A stretch of DNA of 43,246 nucleotides, from NCBI GenBank assembly GCA_039190745.1, contig JBCCXZ010000030.1, positions 1 to 43,246 of the forward strand, given 5' to 3'. A program made the translations under genes and the position numbers. Below are positions 18,152 to 26,348 of this stretch, one piece after another (within the stretch, counting starts at the first letter, position 1; each line of letters starts with the position of its first letter). The notes beneath the pieces were generated by a model that was not told the DNA's origin, searched no databases, and saw only the letters and a list, made by a program, of their open reading frames with translations. Source of the DNA: Planctomycetota bacterium. Lineage in GTDB: Bacteria > Planctomycetota > Planctomycetia > Pirellulales > Lacipirellulaceae.

Positions 18152-20083
18152 TTAGCCTCCTGCGTTGGCCGCGACGACCTCGTGCCTCTCCGGCCCTGGG
18201 ATGCCGGGGAGGGCGAACCGGGTGGGGGCGACCGGCGTGGCGTCGTGCACGAGCACGCCGGCGGCGCCGATGAACAGGCTGTGCGAGCCGTCGATGATGA
18301 GGTCGTAAGACTCGATGGTAAAGGCCTCGTTCGAAGCGGCTAGGCTGGGCTCGGAACCGACCGCGTGCAGCCGGTGTCCCGGCTCAAGCTTGGCGAGGCG
18401 TTGCCAGCCGCGGCCGGCCGACCAAGCGATGTGGCCCGGGGCGGCGTGCAGCTCGTCGCCGCCCGCGAGCGTGTAGCGTGAGACAGCCTGTTCGCGCGGG
18501 GGCGCCAGGAAGAGGACCGGCTGGTAGGCCAGTTCGCCGGTCTTGGGGTCTTGCGAGAGGATCAGGTCGCCGGGGAGGAGCGACTCGACGGAACGCTGTC
18601 CGCGGAGCGTCCAGACGAGGGTGCCGCGGGCGAGGCCGCGGGGGGAGTCGTTCAGCAGGGCGCGGTTCAGTTCTTGGCGGGTTGCGGCGTTGGCCAGGCC
18701 GGGGTTGGCGGCGAGGCGTTCGCCCCACCAGTTCCACCACGACTTGGGGTGGGCGTCGAGCGTGGCGCCGGTTACCTCGGTGAGGACCTCGGCGACCGCG
18801 CCGTTGCGCTCGGCGATGCCGCGGTTGACGGTCTCCGCCTTCGCGGCGGCGCGGGCGGCGTCTCCACGTGAGCGGGCCATCGTTGCGGACTGCGCGCCGG
18901 AGGCGTACGGGTTGTCCGAGTAGACGGTTCCCGTGTAGACGGGGCCGTACTCGGGCTCGACGTACTTGGCGGGGATAGTCTGGGCGGGGACCCAGTAGCC
19001 GCCGCAGCGTGACCAATACCCGGGTTTCTCGCTTTCTGGGATCGTGTAGCCCTCGCGGATTTTTCGGGTCTCGTAGAGGTTGCGCGCCAGGAACTTTGGG
19101 CCGGGGACGCTGCGTGAGGTCGAGTAGCCGGTGCGGTAGGTGTGGCCGCCGGGGGCTTCTTGGATGTAGGTGTAGTCGTTCACGACTCGGCCGTCGGTGA
19201 GGTGCGTGGCGACGGAGATGTCGACCGGCATCTCGAGCGCCGAGATGAGCGTGGGGACCACGTCTGCTTTATCGAGCTTTTTGAGCTGTTCGGTCGCTTG
19301 GTAGCGGGTGGACTCGTCACCGTCGTATGCCGCGAACGAGGCGAGGGCGCTGACGGCCTCGGGGCTCTCGATGCGGCCGAGCGTGCGGATGAGGAGGTCT
19401 TTGGCCTGGCCGGCCTTTTTCGCGTCCTGTTTGGATTCGCCGAGCTCTTCGACGAGCGCCGGGACCGCGGCAGGGTGGTCGATTGCGGCGAGTTCCTCAC
19501 GGGCTTCGGCGCGGACCTCGGGGTCGTCGTGCAGGACGCGGCGGGCGATGCGTTTGGCTCGGGACCGCCACCGCTTCTGCTCGGCGGCGAAGCCCTTCTC
19601 ACGCTCGCGGTAGCGGCGTTTTTCTTCGGGCGTCATGAGGATGCCGTCGTACCAGACCAGGTCGAGCGCGGCGAGCGCGGCCTTGTCCTCCGGTGCGATG
19701 CGGAGTGCGTGCATCCAGTGGACCCGGGCGAGTCTGGGCAACTCGTTCTTCTCGCACCAGCGGGCGAGTCGCTGGTGGCCGCGCAGTGAGCGCTCGGCCT
19801 GTGCACGGCGGTCTTCGTATTCGAGGAGCTTCAGGTCACCGGCGGCGGCTTCTTGGGCCTCGCCGACGGTGAGCCAGCGGCCGTGGTGCTCGAGCTGCCC
19901 GTCGTACCAGCGGGCGAGGCGGGGCTCGATGCGGGCGCGGCCCTGGCCGGCAACGACGCGGGCGCGGAGACCGACTGCGGGGTCGGCGTCTTCGGGGCCT
20001 GCTTCTTCTCCCCAGAGCAGGGCCGGTCCGCAAAGAACGCATGCCACGGCCAGCGCGCCGCGCAGCAGTGAAGAACAAAGCAT
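18152..20083 (-). CDS. Secreted HEAT-repeat protein with C-terminal polymorphic-toxin-type Hint domain
   Basis: Signal-like N-terminus with AGGAG RBS; HEAT-like DDPEVRAEAREELAAIDHPAAVPAL; Hint domain GLARGTLVWTLRGQRSVESLLPGDLILSQDPKTGELAY...SYDLIIDGSHSLFIGAAGVLVHD (18242-18637). Confidence 0.85.
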   Translation of the reverse strand: MLCSSLLRGALAVACVLCGPALLWGEEAGPEDADPAVGLRARVVAGQGRARIEPRLARWYDGQLEHHGRWLTVGEAQEAAAGDLKLLEYEDRRAQAERSLRGHQRLARWCEKNELPRLARVHWMHALRIAPEDKAALAALDLVWYDGILMTPEEKRRYREREKGFAAEQKRWRSRAKRIARRVLHDDPEVRAEAREELAAIDHPAAVPALVEELGESKQDAKKAGQAKDLLIRTLGRIESPEAVSALASFAAYDGDESTRYQATEQLKKLDKADVVPTLISALEMPVDISVATHLTDGRVVNDYTYIQEAPGGHTYRTGYSTSRSVPGPKFLARNLYETRKIREGYTIPESEKPGYWSRCGGYWVPAQTIPAKYVEPEYGPVYTGTVYSDNPYASGAQSATMARSRGDAARAAAKAETVNRGIAERNGAVAEVLTEVTGATLDAHPKSWWNWWGERLAANPGLANAATRQELNRALLNDSPRGLARGTLVWTLRGQRSVESLLPGDLILSQDPKTGELAYQPVLFLAPPREQAVSRYTLAGGDELHAAPGHIAWSAGRGWQRLAKLEPGHRLHAVGSEPSLAASNEAFTIESYDLIIDGSHSLFIGAAGVLVHDATPVAPTRFALPGIPGPERHEVVAANAGG

Positions 20084-20250
20084 GTCGGGTTTCTCCTGTT
20101 CCGGTGCCTGCGGCGTGAGCTCCGCCGCGTTTGCAATCTATCCCAGGACGCCGGACGGCGGCAACTTGATTTAGAGCGAGGCCGCAGTCGGCAACCGAGC
20201 GCGGCGTTGTCGGAGTGAGGACAAGTGTGCTCGATCCGATGAAGCGTGGA

Positions 20251-22221
20251 TCAGAGGCGGTCGAGCGAGTCTACCCAACGCGAGATAAGCGGGAGCGCGT
20301 CGCCCGCGTCGGCCTGTTCGAGGGTGACCTCAGTTGTTGGGTAGCCGGCCTGCCGGAGGCGAGCGGCGTCGCTGGCGAGCAGCGGCGAAAGTGTGGTCCT
20401 CTCCGTTTGGAGCATCAACGCAGAGAGTTGTTGCGACGGTGAGGCCTGGGCGGGTTCGAGTGAGCGGGGCAGCGGCGCGTCGAGCAGAACCACCCCGGAG
20501 ACCATCCGGCGGAGTCGGTAGGCGGCGAGCCCGGCGGCGGAGGCCGGCTGGCCTTGGGCGGCGAAGACCGTCCGGGCGGGGTCGATGGTGTAGCGGCCGC
20601 GGAGCGTGCGTAGCAGGAGCAGGAGGTACTCCGCTTCGTCGGCGGACCAGCGGTTGTCGGCTGCCGGAGCGGCGATGCAGAGGATGGCTCCGTCGCGGGC
20701 GGCGAGCGGTTTCCAGCTTTCGACGAGCGGCTCGATATCTTCGGCTTTTGGAGCAAGCCAGAGAACGAGCCCGAGCGGGTCTTCGGTCTTGTCCTTAGGA
20801 GCGTAGGCCTGTGCCAGGTTGGCGCTCAACGGGAGGACGATTGGGGAAAGTTCCCAGTCGTCGGCGTCGCCGGTTGTTGCGGCGTTGCGGCGGGGCGGGA
20901 GGTCGGCGGCGAGCGGCATCGCTTCCGGCGGCTGGCCGAAGGTGAGCGTGCGCTCGATTGGTTCGTCGCCGCGCTTCACAGAGACGTTCACCGAATCGCC
21001 TGGGCCGAGGGCGCTGAGCGCCTCGGCGGCGGCTTCGGCGGTTGGGGTATCGGTCTCGTTGATCCGGGTGAGCAGGTCGCCGGTGCGGAGGCCGGCCTCG
21101 GCCGCGGGGGAACCGGGCAAGACGCCGCGGACGGCGACGCCCTTGGCCTTGGAACCGCGGTTGGGGACGACGCCCAGCACGGCGGGTGTGTAGGGCGGCA
21201 TCTCGCCGGCGAGGGTGATCGTTTGCTCGAACAGTTGTTTGTCTTGCTGCGCTTTGTCTCCCTCGGCATCGTCTCCCTCGGCGGAACGACGCTCCCAGGC
21301 GACGGCGATACTCTGCCCGCCGTAGCGGGGCACCAGTCGGGCCCGGAGCTGCGCTTGCGTAGACACGGGCTCGCCATCGATCGCGGTGATAAGGTCTCCC
21401 GGCTCGATGCCGGCGAGGGCGGCGGGCGAGCGGGGCCAAACGGAGCCGATAACGGGCTCGGCGACCAGTTCGCTGCCCTCTTTGAGCCCGATGCCGAGCT
21501 TGCCGGGGCGGAGGTCTTGGCCCTTCTGCCACTCGGGCAGTACCGAGAACACATGGGCGAGCGGCACCGCGAAGCCGATGCCGGAGTCGTAGAATTCAAC
21601 GCCGGCTTGTTCGTCGCTCGACATGGGCGACATGGGCACGAGCACCCCGTAGACCCGGCCTGTGAGATCGACCAAGGGACCGCCGTAGTTGGCGGGCGAG
21701 ACGTTGGCATCGGTCTGCAGGACGCGGCCGTGCATCCGCGCCGCGGCGCTTACGATCCCGACGGAAACGCCCGGCCGCTCGGGCTGGAGCGTGCGTCCCA
21801 CGGCCACGGCCCAGCGTCCTGGTTGGATTGCTGCGGGTTCGACGGCGGACGCCGGCGTGGTGGGTTTTGCGGTCTCCGCTTGCAGCAGGGCCAGCATGCG
21901 GCTGCGGTCGCGGGCGACGATGCGTGCGGGGACGCGGCGGCCGTCGTGGAATCGCACGAGGAGCGAAGTCGGCTCTTGGGAGAAGCTGAACAAGCTGGAA
22001 ACGATCAGCCCGTCTTCGGAGACGACCGTTCCTGTGGTCGGCCCGGCGACGAGCTGGCCGCTTCCGCCGGGGGCGAGGCCGCCGACGGTTTCAATCCGCA
22101 CGACTGAAGGCAGGACCGCGTCGACCGCGTTGCCTACGGCCTGTTGACGATCGGTAGGCGTGGCGGCTGCCGAGGCGTGGGTGATGAGCCAGATCGCCGT
22201 GATCAGCAGGCGGGCGTTCAT
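20251..22221 (-). CDS. HtrA-like trypsin-fold + 2 PDZ + alpha/beta-hydrolase-like protein, catalytically degenerate
   Basis: PSVVRIETVG, RIVARDRSRMLALL, LQTDANVSPANYGGPLVDL (Ser replaced by Tyr); PDZ signatures SPAALAGIEPGDLITAIDG and SPAAEAGLRTGDLLTRIN. ATG 22221 overlaps the upstream stop (ATGA). Confidence 0.85.
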   Translation of the reverse strand: MNARLLITAIWLITHASAAATPTDRQQAVGNAVDAVLPSVVRIETVGGLAPGGSGQLVAGPTTGTVVSEDGLIVSSLFSFSQEPTSLLVRFHDGRRVPARIVARDRSRMLALLQAETAKPTTPASAVEPAAIQPGRWAVAVGRTLQPERPGVSVGIVSAAARMHGRVLQTDANVSPANYGGPLVDLTGRVYGVLVPMSPMSSDEQAGVEFYDSGIGFAVPLAHVFSVLPEWQKGQDLRPGKLGIGLKEGSELVAEPVIGSVWPRSPAALAGIEPGDLITAIDGEPVSTQAQLRARLVPRYGGQSIAVAWERRSAEGDDAEGDKAQQDKQLFEQTITLAGEMPPYTPAVLGVVPNRGSKAKGVAVRGVLPGSPAAEAGLRTGDLLTRINETDTPTAEAAAEALSALGPGDSVNVSVKRGDEPIERTLTFGQPPEAMPLAADLPPRRNAATTGDADDWELSPIVLPLSANLAQAYAPKDKTEDPLGLVLWLAPKAEDIEPLVESWKPLAARDGAILCIAAPAADNRWSADEAEYLLLLLRTLRGRYTIDPARTVFAAQGQPASAAGLAAYRLRRMVSGVVLLDAPLPRSLEPAQASPSQQLSALMLQTERTTLSPLLASDAARLRQAGYPTTEVTLEQADAGDALPLISRWVDSLDRL

Positions 22222-23249
22222 GGCTGGTCCTCCGCGGGCGGCTCGGCCGCGAGTTCGCACTGGATCAATTCGTCGCCCCGCAGCAGCGACAGTGCGACGA
22301 CTTCTTCGCGGTCGATTTCCGCGAGGCGCGCCGCGACGTCTTGGCAGGAATTGACCGCGGCGCTTTGCACGAACACCACCAGGTCGTCGGGCCGCAGGCC
22401 CGCGGCGTCGGCGGGGCCGCCGGGGCGGACCCAGTCGACGTAGGGCGGCGTGCGCGGCAGGACGTCGGGCACGAGCCGCAAGCCAAGGTCGAGCGTCGTG
22501 AGCGGGTCTTCGGGCAGCAGCAGGGCGTCGTCGCCGGAGGTTTGGCCGGTGAGGATCGCCTCGACCGACGCGGCAGCGCGGTCGGCGGGGAGTGCGTAGT
22601 TGAGCCAGGTGCCCGTGACGCGGCTGCGGAGCTCTTTGCCGATGACGCCGAGCAGACGGTCTTCCAAATCGACGACCGCGCCGCCGCCGGCGCCGGGGTT
22701 GTTGGTCGCCGCGTCGACGATATAGACCTGTCCCCGGTAGCGGGCCTGTGCGGCTCCGCGGCGGGCGTCGAGGTCGGCGACCGCGGTGACCACGCCCTGC
22801 AGGACGCTCACCGGTTCGTCGCCAGTGGCGATGCCGTAGAGGTTGCTGACGGCCAGGACGGGGACGCCCGGGGAGGCGGACGCCGGTGCGCTCAGGTCGA
22901 AACAGGGCAGTGGGGTGTCCAGCGGCGGGAGCTTCAGCAGCGCGAGTTCGGTGAGCGGGTCGGCGCCGACGTATTCGGCCTCGTAGCGGCGGCCGTCGGC
23001 CAGGACGGCGGTTACGTCGTCGGTGTCGAGCACGTAGCTCATCAGCGTGAGGACGTGCCCGTCGGGCGAGACGAGCAGCCCGGTTTGATAGGCCTCAAGC
23101 TCGCGGAAGCCGCCCGCGCCGTAGATTTTCACGACCCGCTGCTGCGACTCGGCAATGACGGCGGCCAGCTCCTTTGCGGCGGTCTGCGTGCGCAACGGAA
23201 GCGTGAAGAGTGCGGCCAGGATCAGCGTACATCGAGCGCAGCGGTTCAG
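22218..23249 (-). CDS. HtrA-like trypsin-fold + PDZ protein, catalytically degenerate
   Basis: VVKIYGAGG, LVSPDGHVLTLMSYV (no His), VGADPLTELALLK, DAATNNPGAGGGAVVD (no Ser), PDZ GPADAAGLRPDDLVV. Start extended from TTG 23195 to a probable CTG at 23249 (see findings). Confidence 0.82.
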   Translation of the reverse strand: MNRCARCTLILAALFTLPLRTQTAAKELAAVIAESQQRVVKIYGAGGFRELEAYQTGLLVSPDGHVLTLMSYVLDTDDVTAVLADGRRYEAEYVGADPLTELALLKLPPLDTPLPCFDLSAPASASPGVPVLAVSNLYGIATGDEPVSVLQGVVTAVADLDARRGAAQARYRGQVYIVDAATNNPGAGGGAVVDLEDRLLGVIGKELRSRVTGTWLNYALPADRAAASVEAILTGQTSGDDALLLPEDPLTTLDLGLRLVPDVLPRTPPYVDWVRPGGPADAAGLRPDDLVVFVQSAAVNSCQDVAARLAEIDREEVVALSLLRGDELIQCELAAEPPAEDQP

Positions 23250-25144
23250 GGCGTCTCCTCCTCAGCCTGCTCCGAGAGATCGGCTGCGGGGGCGGCGACC
23301 CGCCAGGAAGTGAGGGTCAGCGTCGCGAACTCACGGTCGCCGCTGGTGACCCGCCACAGGGCGGGGACGCGCAGTCCGTCGAGCTCGGTCGGCGCCGCGA
23401 ACGTAATGCGGCAGCGGTCGGACCACTCGTTGCTGAAAGCGTCGACCGCCGCCAGGTAACCCGAAGCGCGGTCGAAGTAGAAGCGGCACTCGACGCCGGC
23501 GTGCAGGCCGACGAGGCAGTCGAGCGGCTGCGAATCGCTCGCGAGCGGCAGGGCGCCGTGGTAGTAGACCTCGCCGTACTGGGCGGGGCCACGCGCGAGC
23601 AGCCGTTGCCAGAGCCGCACCGCGAGCAGCAGGCCGCCGGAGCCGGGGGGGCTTTGCTGCTGGTCGAGCCGGCCGGTGAAGTCGGCGGAGAACACGCCCT
23701 GCGGCAGCGTGATCTGCGCGTCGTCTTCGCCTGCGTTGAGCTTGCAGGGCAATCCCGCGGCGGTGACGCCCTCGATGGTCCATTCGCCGTTGAGGGGGGC
23801 GGTCGGCGTGCTGGCTTGGAAGCGGTCCCACAGGGCGTCGCGCTTGCGGAGGTTGTACCAGTAGTTGGCGTAACCTCTCCGGGCGGTGTAGCGCTGCTTC
23901 ACCGCTTCGGGCAAGTCTTGCTGTTTCTTGGCTTGGCGGAGCGGGTTCGGCTTGCCTCGCGGCTTGTCTTCTTCTCCGCCGGGGTCTTCGGGCTCCTTCG
24001 GCGGCCGCGGGTTGTCGGCCGGCTTGGCCGCTTCCTGCTGCACCAAGTCGAACAGCTCTTCTTCTTGGTGGAGCGCGGCGAGGTGCATCTCGCGCGTGAG
24101 GCTGCGGTCGCGGCCTGAGAACTCGACCTCGACGGGCCACCACTTGGGGTAGACGGCCAGCGCGTTCTGGAAGGCGTTGGCGGTGCGGACGTCGCGGCCG
24201 CCGAAGCGGGAGATGCGGTCGCCGTAGCGGAGGCCGCGGCGGTAGGCGTCTGAGGAGTCGAGCACCTCGTCGACGAACACGCCATTGCCCGGCGAGGTGG
24301 CTACGGTGGCGCCGAAGCTGGCGTGGTCGAGGATGCGGCCGCTCTTGAGCATCGGCAGGAAACGCTTGATCTGGTTGATGGAAATGGCGTAGCCGACGCC
24401 GACGTTCACGCGGCCGCGTTTCTCGAACGAGCCGCGTCCGTTGATGCCGATGACGCGCCCCTCGGCGTCGAAGAGCGGGCCGCCGGAGTTGCCGGGGTTG
24501 ATGGCGGCGTCGGTCTGGAGGCAGTCGGCGTACTCCAACAGCGTGCCGGCGGGGTATTGGTAGCGGCGCACGCCGGAGAGGATGCCGTAGGAGATGGAGG
24601 GCTGCAGGTTGTCGGCGAGCAGGAACGGGTTGCCGGCCACGTAGACCCAGTCGCCGACGCGCGCTGTGTCGCTGTCGCCCAAGGGGGCGGTGGGGAAATC
24701 GTCCCGGCCCAGCAGTTGGATCAGGCCGACGTCGCCCACCGGGTCGATGCCGACTATGACGGCGTCGTAGACGCGGCCGTCTGCCAGTCCGCACTTCATG
24801 GCGGGGCCGCAGGGGGCGGTGACGTGGAAATTGGTCAGCGCGTAGCCGTCGGGCGAGATGATCACGCCGGAGCCGCCGCCTTCGCCTTGGCCGTCAAAGA
24901 TGGCGACCACCGCGGGGGTGAACTCACGGATGACCTCGACGCGGGCCTGTTCTTCGGCGAGGAGTTGGTCGAGGCTGTCATCACTTGCGAATGCAGTGGC
25001 ATCAACGACCGAACTCATCGCCAATACAGCAGTCAGTAGTTTGTATGAACCGCAGAGGACGCAGAGACCGCGGAAAGAATGGAAGTACTTGTTCTCTGCG
25101 CACTCTGCGACCTCTGCGGTGATACGCTCAACTAAATTTCTCAT
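23246..25144 (-). CDS. HtrA/DegP-like serine protease (S1C) with PDZ and extra C-terminal domain
   Basis: GGGSGVIISPDGYALTNFHV (His), DPVGDVGLIQL (Asp), LQTDAAINPGNSGGPL (Ser); PDZ SDAYRRGLRYGDRI; ATGA overlap with the upstream gene. Confidence 0.92.
   Translation of the reverse strand: MRNLVERITAEVAECAENKYFHSFRGLCVLCGSYKLLTAVLAMSSVVDATAFASDDSLDQLLAEEQARVEVIREFTPAVVAIFDGQGEGGGSGVIISPDGYALTNFHVTAPCGPAMKCGLADGRVYDAVIVGIDPVGDVGLIQLLGRDDFPTAPLGDSDTARVGDWVYVAGNPFLLADNLQPSISYGILSGVRRYQYPAGTLLEYADCLQTDAAINPGNSGGPLFDAEGRVIGINGRGSFEKRGRVNVGVGYAISINQIKRFLPMLKSGRILDHASFGATVATSPGNGVFVDEVLDSSDAYRRGLRYGDRISRFGGRDVRTANAFQNALAVYPKWWPVEVEFSGRDRSLTREMHLAALHQEEELFDLVQQEAAKPADNPRPPKEPEDPGGEEDKPRGKPNPLRQAKKQQDLPEAVKQRYTARRGYANYWYNLRKRDALWDRFQASTPTAPLNGEWTIEGVTAAGLPCKLNAGEDDAQITLPQGVFSADFTGRLDQQQSPPGSGGLLLAVRLWQRLLARGPAQYGEVYYHGALPLASDSQPLDCLVGLHAGVECRFYFDRASGYLAAVDAFSNEWSDRCRITFAAPTELDGLRVPALWRVTSGDREFATLTLTSWRVAAPAADLSEQAEEETP
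25049..25120. repeat. 72-bp palindromic REP/MITE-like element inside the protease 5' coding region
   Basis: ACCGCAGAGGACGCAGAG...CTCTGCGACCTCTGCGGT, 17/18-nt terminal inverted repeat built from CGCAGAG units around an AT-rich loop. Confidence 0.8.
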
Positions 25145-26346
25145 TCAGTGAACCTCGCGTTGCCGAGGTGCAGGCGGTCGCCGAAGTCGAGGTTCTCTCC
25201 GTAGCCGACTTCGAGGGTGAGCGTGCGGGCGTTGCCGAGCGGTTCGTTGAGTTCGACGGGCGGGGTCTCGCCGTCGATGGCGCCGGACCAGAGTACCGTG
25301 TCATCGGCGGTGACGGTCACCGAGACGTTGCCGATGTGGCGCGTTTCGGGGTCGAGCCCGAGGACGGCGCGGAAGCGTGCGGCTTCCTTGGGGACTTGGT
25401 AGACCAACTCGGTGCGGCTGCGGACGGCGAGGCCCTTGGCGTGCTCGACGGGTTGGCCGCCGTCGTCGAGGGTTGCGATCGGCCGGCCTTGGTAGTCGAC
25501 GTCTACGCGAGGCTGGCCTGCGGCGAGGGCGATCACGGCGTCGGCGGGCAACCCCACCAGCGGGGTCCACTCGCTGCGGAGCGGCTTGAGGTCGCTGAGG
25601 TAGGTGTCGCGGTCGAGGGCGTAGGTCACCGAAGCGATCGATCCCGGCCGGAGTCGCAGGGTCGTCCTAGCCGCGAGCACGACGGAGACGGCTTCTTGCC
25701 GCCAGTCGATCGAGGACGCCATCAGGACGGAGCCGTCGGTGGTGGTGATCGAACAGGCGGGGTCCGCGGCGTTCTCTTTGCGTCCGTACAACGCGAGCGC
25801 GGCGGCTTTGGTTCGCTTCACTTGCAGGGGCTGTTCATCCCAGCGGAACGCGATCGTCTCGGGCGTGATCGCGTCGGCGACGCCGTCGATCGCGTCGACG
25901 GCTCCGTCCTTCGTGCGGAGGAACAACAAATCGGCGGGCGGGTCGCCGGCCCAGTCTTCTTGGAACGATTGCCGAACTTGATCACGCTCGGCGAGCACGA
26001 GCAGCTTTGCGGAGGACGCCCGGAGCGTGGTCTGGGCGGCGAGTGCATCGCTTTCCAGCAAGAGCCGCCGGTCGTTCATCGTCACGCTAGTGAACGCGAT
26101 GCGAGAGCCGTCGATCAATTCGACGAACTGTTGCGGCTCGGTCGGCGAGGCGGGGCGGAGTTCGATCGCGGAGAGTAGCTGAGCGGCGATCCGCTTTCCC
26201 GTCACTGTGACGCCGGCGGCGTCGATGACTTCGAGCGTCGTCCACTCCGAGGAGCCGTCGGCGAGGCGGACCTGGACCGGCAGCGGCGCCGGCAGAGCCG
26301 AGAACGTGCCGAGAGCGATTAGGATTAAAAACACGGCGCCTCGCAA
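25141..26346 (-). CDS. Secreted protein with C-terminal NPCBM/NEW2 putative carbohydrate-binding module
   Basis: Signal peptide MRGAVFLILIALG; C-terminal KGLAVRSRTELVYQV...RFRAVLGLD...GNVSVTV...LTLEVGYGENLDFGDRLHLGNARF. Confidence 0.8.
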   Translation of the reverse strand: MRGAVFLILIALGTFSALPAPLPVQVRLADGSSEWTTLEVIDAAGVTVTGKRIAAQLLSAIELRPASPTEPQQFVELIDGSRIAFTSVTMNDRRLLLESDALAAQTTLRASSAKLLVLAERDQVRQSFQEDWAGDPPADLLFLRTKDGAVDAIDGVADAITPETIAFRWDEQPLQVKRTKAAALALYGRKENAADPACSITTTDGSVLMASSIDWRQEAVSVVLAARTTLRLRPGSIASVTYALDRDTYLSDLKPLRSEWTPLVGLPADAVIALAAGQPRVDVDYQGRPIATLDDGGQPVEHAKGLAVRSRTELVYQVPKEAARFRAVLGLDPETRHIGNVSVTVTADDTVLWSGAIDGETPPVELNEPLGNARTLTLEVGYGENLDFGDRLHLGNARFTE

Positions 26347-26348
26347 GG

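Noticed and set aside
18152..20083. Polymorphic toxin or true intein
   Set aside because: No C-terminal toxin domain, no immunity gene, no endonuclease, and splicing residues are absent.
20135..20164. Possible promoter TTGCCG-N18-TAGATT for the Hint gene
   Set aside because: Match too weak to report as a feature; if real, the Hint gene is transcribed separately from the large cluster.
23331..24794. 487-aa Arg-rich minus-strand ORF
   Set aside because: Alternate frame within the HtrA gene; composition typical of GC-rich off-frame translation.
25049..25120. CRISPR array or tRNA
   Set aside because: Short CGCAGAG units form one inverted repeat with no unique spacers, no cas genes and no cloverleaf.
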